Below, in pieces: positions 1 to 11,260 of a DNA stretch of 45,460 nt. The notes beneath the pieces are model-generated. The model was given only the letters and a program-made list of their open reading frames with translations, ran no database searches and was not told the origin of the DNA. The stretch covers positions 1 to 45,460 of the forward strand of contig LWCA01000165.1 of the NCBI GenBank assembly GCA_001642005.1, in the 5' to 3' direction. The DNA comes from Intoshia linei (Eukaryota > Animalia > Orthonectida). A program made the position numbers and the translations under genes. The first letter of the stretch is position 1; each line of letters opens with the position of its first letter.

Positions 1-59
1 TTTTTGGAAAAATCGAAGCCAAAAAATTGGAAAAATTTGTCTGGGAGTATTAGGGTTAA
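1..59. mobile_element. Possible piggyBac-like terminal (…AGGG-TTAA) inside an SMC4 intron, truncated by window edge
   Basis: Ends GGGAGTATTAGGG|TTAA; the reverse complement TTAA-CCCT matches the piggyBac end/TTAA target convention. The partner end is not visible. Confidence 0.3.
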
Positions 60-316
60 CTATTTTAAAAGTTATCGTTATTATTTTGAGTGTCAAATAT
101 AAACTATCAAGTCCAGACTTGACTCCAGTTCTGTGGAGAAATGGTTAAGGCATTATGCATCGTTTTCGAAAATTTTTAGTGTTCGTTTGGCCTCCAGCTC
201 GATAGTTTTGATTATATTATATATACTATTTAATTTGATTTAATGATAAATTTAATGGCCCATTTTACCTTATCCTAAGGTATATTTATTTTTATTTATA
301 TATTTTTAATGCTTAG

Positions 317-3300
317 AGCGGACCAAAAGATTACAAGGTTTTACCAAATTGTCAGTTTCAAATATCACGTACAGTAAGCAAAAGAGAATCAAATCACTAC
401 AAAATTAATTCTGAAAAAGTAAAGTTCTTGGAAATTATCAGTTTTCTTCGTGAACATGGCGTTGACATTGATCATAAGCGGTTTTTAATATTACAAGGAG
501 AAGTTGAACAAATTTCAATGATGAAACCAAAAGCAGATAATTATAACGATGTAGGAATGTTGGAATACCTGGAAGACATAATTGGAACTTCTCGTTACAA
601 AGAACCTATCGAAAAAATGTTGAATCAGTTGGACGAATTGAATGAAATAAGAAATGCCAGTTTAAACAGACTTAAAGTTTCCGAAAAGGATCGAGATGCT
701 TTGGAATATGAAAGAAATTTAGCATTAGATTATGTAACAAAACAAAACAAGCAAATTGAAAAAACCAACTTACTTTACCAGTGTCAAATTTATGATATAA
801 ATGACAAAATTAAAAACGAACTGACGTTATTGGACGAATTGGATGCTAAAAAGAAGGCAATTACAACAGAATTCAAACAATGCAAGAATTTCGTCTCTGA
901 AAATTCAACAGTTGAAATGGATTTAATTGAAAAGGTAAAAATGTCTAGCAAAGAGTTGAATACAATAAATAATGCATTTTCAAAATACGAAGTTGATGAT
1001 GTGACTATGAGAAGAAAGCAAAAGACCATATCTAAAAAAATATCAAAAATTCAGGAAAAAGTGGATGAAGACGTGGAAAAAATTGACAAATTATCTGAAA
1101 TTCCAACTATTAAAGAAAATGAAATGAAATTTGTGTCGACTCAACGTAAATCATTAGTCCAAAAGATGGATAAATTGACTAACGAGCATAAAGAACTCAT
1201 GGAACGAGTTTCTCGTGAAACTAAACCATTGAGAGAAAAAAAATCGAAATTTGAAAAGGTTTTAATTACAAAAAAGAGTGAGTTGAATAAGGTTGACTCA
1301 AAAATTGTTGTCAAAGAATCTCAATTAATTACTCTCAAATCTGATGAAAATAACATTATGAGTGAGATTGAAAAAACGGGACAAGGTTTAAAAAAGTACC
1401 AAGAGAATTTAAGTGGAATTGAATCTGAACTAAAAGTGAAAAAAAATTGTTTAAAATCTCTTTCGAATAAACTCGTAGAAGGGAAATCAAATTTAGACGA
1501 TTACAATAGACAAGTCAAACCCATTGAATGTGATATTGAAAAGTTGAGGCATACTCGTAATGAAAGTAAACACCAAATGCAAACTTCTGGGTCCAGAAAT
1601 GTTGTTCTCAATGCTATTATGGAACAATCAAAAAAAGGTAATTTAAAAGGCGTTTTGGGAAGATTGGGTGATTTGGGAACTGTGCATTCTAAGTACGATG
1701 TAGCTGTTTCAACATCTTGTGGTATTTTGGATTATATTGTTGTTGAGACTATCAATGATGCCCAAGCGTGTGTGGAATTTTTAAAGCGATATAATATTGG
1801 AAGAGGTTCTTTTTTGGCTTTAGATAAGTTGCATAAATGGGAAAGACACACTACATGTTCAAATTCTCAAAGATACAAGAGATTGTTTGATTTAATTAAT
1901 TTCAGTAGCGATTCTGTGAAAAACGCTTTTTATTTTGGATTACGTGAGACAATTGTTACAGATACTTTATCTGAAGCTTCAAAAATTGCCTATAGTGGAT
2001 CTCAGAGATGTAGAGTCGTGACTATTGCTGGTCAATTGATTGATCAAACTGGTACAATGTCTGGTGGAGGAAATCCATTGAGAGGCCGAATTTGTATATC
2101 AAATGAACCTAAAACCCGTCAAAATAGTTCGAAACCCCATTCTGAGGAAGATATTAAAAATTTCGAAGATAAAATACAAAACCTCAAATTACAGTTAGAC
2201 AACCTTTATAGTAAAATTAAACATTGTACTGTATCTGTTGAATCAATTCAAAAAGAGATTATAGAATGCAGACACAATATAGAAAGAAACGAATCCCAAG
2301 AAAAGTATCTAGATGAGCAAATTAAATTTTTAAAAACTTCTTTGTCTGATAAAAAACGTAAAGTTTCAAACACTCTAACAGATTCTGAAAAGCTAAAAAT
2401 AGATCGACTTGAAAAAGATATCAAAACGTTGAATGAAACAAGAAAAAACATTGCCAATGAAAACGATTCTTTAGAAAAGGAAATTGATGCAATTTCTAAT
2501 GAATGCAAAAAAATGGCTGGTCCAAAACTCGTAGAACTTGAAAAATCTATGGACGACACAAACGATAAAATTGGTCAAATTGATTCTCACATAGCTAAAA
2601 TTGACGCAGAAAAAATATCAACAATCGAACAACTAGAACGACTAAATGAACGTATTACAAAAGATAAAACAGAATTGAAACAATTTAAAGACGAAGAAAA
2701 TGAATACATTAGAATTTTAGATAAGAACGAAAAAGAAGTTGTTTGTTTAATTGAAAAAAAGAATGAATTGGACACTTTTGTAAATAACCTGAAATCCCAA
2801 ATTAAAGAAATTTCCAAATCCATCAAGGAAAACGAAGATAGACAACGACAATTGAAAAATGATTTTGTTACCATCAAACACGAATTGAATGAAGTCAATC
2901 ACAAAGTTGAAGACGCTAAAAAAAATATTAGGTACCTCAAATCATCTCGTAATCGTTTGGAATTTTATAAAATAAACCCCACTGATAAAACAATCGATTT
3001 AATTGTTTACACACAAGAAGAAATTTTTCAACATAACATTCAAGATTTAAAATTAGAATTGGTCGTTATTGAACAAGATTTACTAAAAATTACTCCAAAC
3101 ATGGGCGCAATCGAAGAATATCGAGAAAAATCAATTAAACACAGACTTAGAGCACGTCAACTTGCGAAAATTACAAATATTCGAGATGAACATCATTTAA
3201 AAGCACAAGAGTTTAAAAAACAACGGTTTTCTCATTTTATGAAAGGGTTCAGTATAATTGGTAATCGCTTAAAACAAATGTATCAAATGCTAACGTTGGG

Positions 3301-3787
3301 TGGTGATGCAGAATTGGAATTGGTTGATGCTCTACAACCTTTCTCTGAAGGTGTAGTGTTTAGCGTTAGACCAACACATAAATCTTGGAAAAACATTTCA
3401 AATTTATCCGGAGGAGAAAAAACTCTTAGTTCTCTGGCCCTTATTTTTTCACTGCATGATTATAGACCCACACCGTTTTACATTATGGATGAAATTGATG
3501 CTGCTCTAGATTTTAGAAATGTTTCAATTGTTGCAAATTATATTAAGAATCGCAAAAGTCAAGCACAGTTTATTATAATATCACTACGATCCAACATGTT
3601 TGAACTTGCAGACAGGTTGATTGGTATTTACAAAACCCACAGTATCACTCAAACAGTAGCAATCGATTGTGATTTGTTTCAAAAACCTATCGAAATTGAA
3701 AAACTAAATACCCATGAACCTCAGACTGAAAAAAAAGTTTCCCAAGATTCACCGGAAACTTGTGAAATTATACCTTCCTTATCATAA
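317..3787 (+). CDS. SMC4: Structural maintenance of chromosomes 4 (condensin subunit), last exon; 5' exons with Walker A lie upstream of the window
   Basis: Acceptor TTAG at 313-316 opens the frame 37 codons before the TTG-called ORF (SGPKDYKVLPNCQFQISRT…GVDIDHKRFLILQGEVEQISMMKPK). Coiled coils, hinge (GVLGRLGDLG…GTMSGGG), signature LSGGEKTLSSLAL, Walker B YIMDEIDAALD and the SMC4-type IISLR motif. AATAAA near 3828. Confidence 0.97.
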   Translation, partial: SGPKDYKVLPNCQFQISRTVSKRESNHYKINSEKVKFLEIISFLREHGVDIDHKRFLILQGEVEQISMMKPKADNYNDVGMLEYLEDIIGTSRYKEPIEKMLNQLDELNEIRNASLNRLKVSEKDRDALEYERNLALDYVTKQNKQIEKTNLLYQCQIYDINDKIKNELTLLDELDAKKKAITTEFKQCKNFVSENSTVEMDLIEKVKMSSKELNTINNAFSKYEVDDVTMRRKQKTISKKISKIQEKVDEDVEKIDKLSEIPTIKENEMKFVSTQRKSLVQKMDKLTNEHKELMERVSRETKPLREKKSKFEKVLITKKSELNKVDSKIVVKESQLITLKSDENNIMSEIEKTGQGLKKYQENLSGIESELKVKKNCLKSLSNKLVEGKSNLDDYNRQVKPIECDIEKLRHTRNESKHQMQTSGSRNVVLNAIMEQSKKGNLKGVLGRLGDLGTVHSKYDVAVSTSCGILDYIVVETINDAQACVEFLKRYNIGRGSFLALDKLHKWERHTTCSNSQRYKRLFDLINFSSDSVKNAFYFGLRETIVTDTLSEASKIAYSGSQRCRVVTIAGQLIDQTGTMSGGGNPLRGRICISNEPKTRQNSSKPHSEEDIKNFEDKIQNLKLQLDNLYSKIKHCTVSVESIQKEIIECRHNIERNESQEKYLDEQIKFLKTSLSDKKRKVSNTLTDSEKLKIDRLEKDIKTLNETRKNIANENDSLEKEIDAISNECKKMAGPKLVELEKSMDDTNDKIGQIDSHIAKIDAEKISTIEQLERLNERITKDKTELKQFKDEENEYIRILDKNEKEVVCLIEKKNELDTFVNNLKSQIKEISKSIKENEDRQRQLKNDFVTIKHELNEVNHKVEDAKKNIRYLKSSRNRLEFYKINPTDKTIDLIVYTQEEIFQHNIQDLKLELVVIEQDLLKITPNMGAIEEYREKSIKHRLRARQLAKITNIRDEHHLKAQEFKKQRFSHFMKGFSIIGNRLKQMYQMLTLGGDAELELVDALQPFSEGVVFSVRPTHKSWKNISNLSGGEKTLSSLALIFSLHDYRPTPFYIMDEIDAALDFRNVSIVANYIKNRKSQAQFIIISLRSNMFELADRLIGIYKTHSITQTVAIDCDLFQKPIEIEKLNTHEPQTEKKVSQDSPETCEIIPSLS

Positions 3788-3884
3788 GGCAACATTTGTT
3801 TTATATTTTAATGTATATTATATTAAAAATAAATATTCTAAAAAATAATTTATACACATATAATTAGTAGCTAGTATAAAAGTA

Positions 3885-6800
3885 TTATCGTGGTTTAATA
3901 ATTGTTGATTTAATTGATTTTGTTGTAACAAGGTTTGTTTTGATACTTTTAGTTGATGGAATGTTTGTGTTTATGGAAGAGACAATCCTGGGTTTTGTAG
4001 CTGGTTTTTCAAGTCTCGGTTTAGTGGTTTTTATGGTGGGTTGATTGTTTCTCAGTGCTCTAGATGTGATTCTATTTTTTGAGTTTTCAGAAATTTTTGC
4101 TTGATTCAACTTTAATTCCTGATTGTTTATTGTTTTGCGTTTAATTGTTACATTCTGATCAAGAGGTTTGGGTTTTTTAATGTTCATGTTACTTACTAAT
4201 TTTATTTTTACCTTTTCAGTAGAATCAACTGATGTTTTCAATTTGGGTTTTAACGGTTTAGTACTGAGTGATTTTTCCAACCTACTACCTACCTTTTTAT
4301 CTCCAGTTTTTATTGTACCATTTTTATCAATTTGGGATCTCGTCATTGATACAAATGGTTTGCGAGTGCTTAACAGAGTTTTGGTAGATTTTATTTTTAC
4401 ATTTGTTTCAGTCAAAGTTTTTTCAATTTTTTTATTAGAGTTCATTTTCACTCCAGTAATCTTTTTAACAGTGACTGCTTTTTTTGCATCAACATTTGAT
4501 TTATCATGTTTAGAATTGACAAGATAACATGCCGGTTTCTTTTTCACGACAATATTATAATTTGTATTTTTTGTTAGATTAGCATTTGGTGAGTATTGTT
4601 CCGGTTTTTTGACTATCCCAAATCGTTTCTCGTGAGTTACCAATTTTTTATTTAAATTTGTAGCCTTTGGTTTTTCACGTGATGAAATTTGCTTTTTAAG
4701 CAGTGTCTTTGTTGGAGGTTTTTTAATAGTATCAGTAGTTGCCAGTCGACTCATTTTGTTTTCTATTAACCGCTTCTTGTTTACATTTGAAATTTTATTG
4801 GGAATTTGTCCTGTTGGGGTCATTTTAATAGCACAAGATGAACCCTTGTCAAATTTCAAGTCTTTGTCAGTATCTTTACAATCATTTTCAGATTCGTGTA
4901 CTGATTCCATACTGACTTCCAATTCAGCTGATTCTAAAATGACGTCCTTGGTTTTAGAAACATTTGCAGATTCATATTCAACATTTTCTTTCAAAACATT
5001 ACTATCATGAGAGATATTCTTTACTGGCTCGTAACATTCCTTTTTATTAACAGTTGCAATATTTTCAGCAATATCAGAATTTTTTGATTTACTTGTAGCA
5101 GAATGAAAAATGCAGCCATTTAATTCATTTACTTTACCAATTTGCAAATAATTTTCATAAATGTTCTCCTTTATTACGTTATCCAATTTATTAATATTAT
5201 CACTAGTTTCATTTTGATTGTTGTTTTTAATTTTCAAATTTTCATAAACATTTTCATATAAAGTGACTTGACTGTTAGTCAATTCATTCAAATTTCCAAC
5301 CTTAAATTCCGTAAACGAATCAGACGATGCGCACAGTTTTTCGTTCAAAGTTTTTAATGAAAAACACCGGTCTTCCAAAATTCCTGAATCATGATCCATG
5401 TCACTAGGTAATTCGCAAAAATCTGGCTTTTCTTTCAAGGACTTGCATTTCATTTTTTCATGTTCCCCATCAAGTTCAATCTGTTGCAATTCATTTTCGT
5501 AATTTATCATTCCATAATTAAATTCTTTTGATTTTATGGAAAATGTAGAATTTAACTCTTTAGAATTTACAATTTTATTAAATTGTTCAATTTCTTCGTT
5601 TTTTGTGGTCAATGTTTCCAATTCATTGCAATTAATGGACACAGTTTTTTCATTCCTTTTTTCAATTTTATGTTCGTTGTCAGTATTCATTTTATTATTT
5701 TCATTTTTCCGAAGGTTAAATTTACGTTTAGGTTTGACACAATTGATGTACCCGACTCCACTATCAATTGGGTCCATTTTAAATAACACTTTGAGTTCAT
5801 TCATATATTTTCGAATTCCTAATTTTTTTAAATTGTTAAAGAAATTGGTCAAATTTGAATTCTTTTTGTGGGAGGGTAGATTCAATTCAACTTTTAAATT
5901 TACATTTTCACATTCCGGTTTTATTTGATCCGGATAACATATTTTTATTACAGATTTAGAATTTTCCAAAGTTGAAAATTTTCGTTCTTGGTTTAGTTTA
6001 TACAATTGTTGTTCTTGGTAAATTTTCTAGAAAGATTATTAAAATAAAAATGTTTACTCAATTATAATTCAATGGTTTATTTACAAATTTCAGTAGGGTG
6101 CCAATATTTTTTAATATGGACCGATAATTTCACATTAGATCTTGCGCGAATCACTTAAAATCTCATTTCTAAGAAACTTTTTCGAATACCAAACTGTCAA
6201 TATTTTTTTAAAAAACACGATTTTACCAAATCTTATGAGAAAAAACCTTCTTATTACCAGAAAAATTAAAAAATTAGTTTATTTTTGTAAAATACATAAT
6301 AGCAGAGTTGCCAGATGTTGGGATTTTATCCGAAAGCCTAGACTACTGCTAAAATATTATTTTAAAAATCCCACTATTAATAAAAACTAAAATAATATTT
6401 AATAAAAAATACCATTTCGAGCCCTTAATTTAAAAATTTCCTTCTTACGATTGTACAAAAAAAATTGTGAGAAAAAACCATTTAATCCAATCCAAAAAAA
6501 TGGAATTTTACCTAGCCTTAAGTTAAGGTAAAATCTTTTTTACTACATTTTTTTGAAAACTTTTATTTTACCAAACCTTACGAGAAAAAATTATTAATCT
6601 AACCACAAAATAAAAAACCAAAATTTTAGCAACCATTAAAGAAAAATCCCTTTTTCCGTGTAAATATTAAAATAATAATAATTAAAGCTTCACTGTATTC
6701 ACTTTACATTTTACAAATTAGTCATTTATGCAATTAAAAAAATTAACTGATACAAGCAAATCGACTACCCGTGCTTATTACCAACCCAAAAATAAAAATC

Positions 6801-9584
6801 GAATTTTACCAACGATTAAGGGAAATATCCTATTTTTTCAATATTTTTTTGAAAAACATGATTTTACCAAAGCTTATGAGAACAAACCTATTATTATCAA
6901 CCCCCAAAATAAAAATCCTATTTTTCAAATATTTTTTTCAAAAATTCGATTTTACTTAATATTATGAGCAACAATTCCATGATCCAAAACTCTAACTAAA
7001 AAATCCAATGATACCAACCCTTAATGGAAAAATTCACTTTTTCCAATATTTTTTAATAATATATTTTATATTTCATGTTTCCTTTGGAGTCCAAAAAAAT
7101 AAATATTTTGAAATGTCCCTACACTACACTGTATTTGAATCGGGAACCACTGTTGTAGATCCATTATAATTTAAAAAGCTTTATTTTTGTTTAACAATCA
7201 AAATAAACAAATGTAATTAAATTGTATTTATATCACAAAATACAATTAAAAATAAATTAAACTCGATCTGAAAATGGTACACCTTATCAAGGTCTCCGCA
7301 GTGGTAACTATAAACAAATATTTACCTCTGAGGTTTTAAAACAAAGAAAGATTTCCAAGAAATATTTTTTCGATAATTAGGGATAATGGGAACCCACAAA
7401 AATACCCTTTCTATTCTTAAATTTTAAAAATTCTAAATAACTAAATTAAACATACATAAATTTTATCATAAATAAAAAACCTTGGCAGAAGTAGCAAAGG
7501 TTTTACAAATACTCCACAAAACCTTGAAAAAATAAAACAAATCAAATTCTCTCTCGATACAAAGAAACGTCATCAACTGAGTTTGTTTCATTTGAATAAT
7601 ATCATTTTTCTCTTGAATAACAAGAGATTTTTGTTTTTTATCACAAAGAATTTCGGAAAACTTTTTTTTGACACTTTTATGTTTCGCAGTTGAAAGCATA
7701 CCACTATAAAAAACATCCAAATCATTTTGACAAGAATCAAAATTTTTCTTCAATTCGTCAATAACACATTTTTCCATCTTTTCAAGATATTGAAATTCAG
7801 CATAAAGTCCCATGACATCAAAATTATTATCCAGAGAAATTTTAGCAATCTGTGTTACTAAATTAGTAGATTTATCATTAGAATGAAAACCAAAAAGTCG
7901 TTCAATAGAAAAAAAACAAATTCCTGCAGCTTTACCATTATTATTAGACGAATTTAAATAATTTCCAATCATTAATATAACAGTCATCAATTGTTGCAAC
8001 CTTTCACTGTGCATGACATGATTGGTAGCGTAAATGACCCGATTAATTTCGGTAATATTTTGTTCATATACGGAAAGGATTTGTGATTTAAAATAGTCCA
8101 TTGAAATAATTAAATTGTAATCATCAATCTGAGATAAGAGTAGTATAAACATTTCTTCAGGGTCAATAAATTTTTTGTCGCAAAGTGACAAGTTTTCAAT
8201 TTCCTTTTTTGAAGGTAAAATATGATACAAGGCCTTAATTTTAGTTTCATCAAGGTCCAAATTACTGGATTTGATCATGTTTAGAATACTGTCTTGATTA
8301 CCAAGTTTTAAAAAGTTTTTGACCATTAATTTGCGGGTGCAATCAAAGACTTGAATTTTTTTAGGTATTATGAGTGATTTTGAACGTTCTTTTCGATTAG
8401 AACGTTTGATTGTGCAAAATTGATTATCAATGCTGCTAAAATTAATGAAAAGTTGTTTTTGTGGTAAAGAGTTCCAAAAATTTTTGCCAGTTCCTTTAAC
8501 AATATGTGACGTGCTAATCTTTTTCCAGTGGATACGGCGTAAATCTGTAGATGGTTTTGGAGTTTTTTGGTGCAAGAAGAGATCCTTTTCGATTAAGGCT
8601 GTTTTTTTTAATCCAATCTTGGGTGCTCCAATAGGAGGTGGTCCACAGGAAGGTGCACACGGCGGAGCAGATATTGGAGGAGGTAAACATGGGGCAGGCG
8701 GTATCACAGACGGAGGAGCCACAGCCGGTGCACCAGATGGAAAGATGCTTGATTTTGATGATTTGCCTAAAGATGCATTCTCATTTCTAAATTCATCACA
8801 TTTATTTAAATTTAAATTAAACTTTAAATTTTTAGAGTCCTTATCCAATTTGTTATCTGACATTAAATTTGCCAATTTTTCATTAACTTGATCAATAATA
8901 GAAAATTCACCATCAACTATAGCTGAATCAAAGGTATTAAATTTAGTCGAATTTATATAACTTGAGCTATCTTTTAAATCAAATTTATAATTAATTTTAT
9001 CCAAATTATTCTTATCCAAATCAAAAGATTCATCATCTCCAAGTATAGAACTGGAAACTTCAACATTTTCTTTTTCATCAACAATCTTTTCAACAAGTAA
9101 ATTGTCAAATTTTTTCGTCTTTTTTTCCATAACATCTGTTTCAATTTGTTTAAATTTTTTAGAAATTGTCGAAAAATTTTCATTGCATTCAAATTCGTCA
9201 AAATTTTCAATTTGAGTTTGACAAAAATTTAAAATTTGGCAATTCAATTCTAGTAATTTTACTTTTAAATTTTTGGATTTTGTACAGGTAAATATAGCGT
9301 TGACGTGTTTTATGTATTTTGATATTAGTTTAGAATTTGGTGATGTATTGTGTGCGTAAAACTACAAATGTAAATATATTATATATACAATATAAAGGAC
9401 CTTTATTAAAGGTACATGGTACCATACCATTGATATGTTACATTTTTAAAATTTAAAAAAAAAAAAAAATTACTTGGAATAATCGTGTAAATTCTTCTTT
9501 CTGTGATTTTGGAATGTTTTTTAAATTTAAATTTAATGCTGTAAATTTTTCTTCTAATTTTTCAATTTTTATTTTTTTATTCAT
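3885..9584 (-). CDS. Formin (reduced GBD/FH3-like N-terminus, FH1, FH2, long basic C-terminal tail); model join(9584..9474, 9361..7481, 6026..3885), ~1377 aa
   Basis: Pro-rich FH1 (PPAPCLPPPISAPPCAPSCGPPP), FH2 lasso LRRIHWKKI…NFW and post motif LMIGNYLN. ATG at 9584 (MNKKIKIEKLEEKFTAL…). Phase-0 GT-AG junctions at 9473/9362 and 7480/6027 keep one frame and give FATSAK-KIYQEQQLYKLNQERK. The FH2 exon is certain; joining the tail exon is inferred. Confidence 0.8.
6190..7152 (-). mobile_element. hAT-type MITE with internal ~120-bp tandem repeats, in the formin intron
   Basis: Reverse-complement end CAGTGGTTCCCGATTCAAATA at 7152 with flank TTGTAGAT. Near-identical start to the copy at 40363 and related to 23735. 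Repeated units (…ATTTTACCAAATCTTATGAGAAAAA…) near 6220, 6565, 6860 and 6950. Left boundary uncertain. Confidence 0.65.
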
Positions 9585-10353
9585 ATCAATTCAGTATTTA
9601 AAAATTTAAATGAATTTCGACAATTATGTTCAATTTCTTTTAAAATGTGATTGCATCGTAAACTAAATAAACAAATTAAGTAAATGGATAAATTTATAAA
9701 TAACACTGACTGTTTGCTTGTTAAGGTTCATATTTAGACTAATAGTTAAAAGCAATATTTAACCTGTGACAAGACTAACAATCTTGTCCAGCAAGTCAGG
9801 TTCATTATTGTTTTTTGGTTTATTTAAACCTTTTACTTTGTACTTTTTCTCATCCCCAATTTTATCCGTCAATCATTTTAATGAGAATACGCAAAATTCA
9901 AATGGCATAAACGTATCAATATCAGTTATATATCATTCGCTCAGACTCAGTCAGATTTTATTGATTTATTATTCATTAAACTTTCTAGTAACTCGATATT
10001 CTCGTATACATCAACTTATTCACATACACGATTTACCAATATAAATCAGGCACCGTCACTTTTTCGTATTACATCGTATTACATTCTTTTGTGTGTTGCA
10101 TTAGCAGATTTATCGTTATTTTATTTTTCACATCATTTTTAACGTTTTATTTGAAGGCAATCATTACTTAAGTGTACTAATTATGTATACTGTTTACACA
10201 TTTCCTTAAAAGTTAATTACTGCATATAATTTATTTTAAAAATAAAAGATAAACATATTTCAACTACGCAGGTAATTATATCCATGTTGTTGAGTTAATT
10301 AATCCTAGATAATCCATGGATTTGGATATAGGTCCTCACTCTAAAGCTTAGAG

Positions 10354-10651
10354 CAGTGGTTCTCAACCCGTATTCCGCGAAATTTAATTGGGGTTCCTTT
10401 AACTAAAAAGTTATCTCTCACGGCCCTGAATTCTTCTTCGTAGTGTGAGGGAGGCAACTGGTTTTACCGGCTAAATTCCGTGTGTCCATTACTTTCAAAT
10501 TTTCAATATTAGAAGCGTAATTTTTTAATTAAAAATCAAATTGTTTTATATATGTAACATGAGAAAAAAATTTTTGATCATGCTTTTAGGTGCCGCGATT
10601 TTTTGAAATTTCATAAGGGTTTCGCGCAGTAAAAAAGGTTGAGAAACACTG
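10354..10651. mobile_element. Complete hAT (Buster/Charlie-type) MITE, 298 bp
   Basis: TIRs CAGTGGTTCTCAACC and GGTTGAGAAACACTG (14/15 match). Perfect 8-bp TSD GCTTAGAG on both sides. Confidence 0.93.
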
Positions 10652-10834
10652 GCTTAGAGTATTCAAAAAAATTAAAAATATTTTTCTAGAATTCAGGCTA
10701 TTTATGACTATTTAGGGTTAAACTATAATGGTATTGTTTTTATTTATTTTATGGTAATACAGTCATTGTTCTTACATATATAAAGTAATAGTTGCTAAAA
10801 ATGTGTCTCTTTGAAATCATCTATCGAGATAAAT

Positions 10835-11040
10835 TGACTTTTCAAAAATAAAAATTACAGTCAAATCTTTCTGGTGTAGAAAGTAAGATAAATTTTAATC
10901 TGAAAAATAGACACTTTCACAGTCAAACCCAAGTTAGCTTTTTTTATAAATGAAAAGAATTTTAGAATTTAAAAACTATAAATTCTGATACGGATTTTAG
11001 AAGCGTGAATATTATCATAAATTTCAACATCAAAACTTAA
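10835..11040 (+). repeat. Fragment of dispersed Helitron-like repeat family
   Basis: Aligns by eye with 44020-44210 (AATTACAG…TAAGATAAATTT…CTGATACGGATTTTA…CATAAATTT). Confidence 0.6.
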
Positions 11041-11177
11041 ATTAATTTATTTTGAAGAATTTTAATATTTTAAAAATCACAAATTCGGCATTATTTTGAA
11101 AATTGAAAAAGCTGTCCATGAATTTCACATAAAAAATCACAACTAATATTCATATTTGGGACGTCCATTCCCTAGAG

Positions 11178-11260
11178 CAGGGTGCACAACCTTTCTATCC
11201 AATTCAGCCGCAAAGCTACTTTACTCATTGATCATACGCCCTACGGATACAAAAAATTTA
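11178..11260 (+). mobile_element. Orphan hAT left end
   Basis: CAGGGTGCACAACC preceded by CCCTAGAG (NNNTANNN). No matching right end found. Confidence 0.45.

Noticed and set aside
280-316. Apparent 37-bp intron before the SMC4 exon
   Set aside because: The sequence upstream has an in-frame stop, no acceptor and no SMC4 similarity; the true donor is likely outside the window.
790-2898. Minus-strand ORFs of 79-103 aa
   Set aside because: Antisense shadows of the K/E-rich SMC4 coiled coil.
4168-5928. Plus-strand hydrophobic ORFs (119, 84, 130, 67 aa)
   Set aside because: Antisense shadows of the Lys/Asn-rich formin tail exon.
6142-6967. Mutually similar short ORFs (…KNTILPNLMR… / …KNMILPKLMR…)
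   Set aside because: Translations of the 120-bp tandem repeat, not a gene family.
7255-7420. GC-richer patch with short open frames on both strands inside the formin intron
   Set aside because: No phase-compatible exon to 6026 and no recognisable protein motif; left unassigned.
8430-8891. Gly-rich 153-aa ORF
   Set aside because: Antisense of the Pro-rich FH1.
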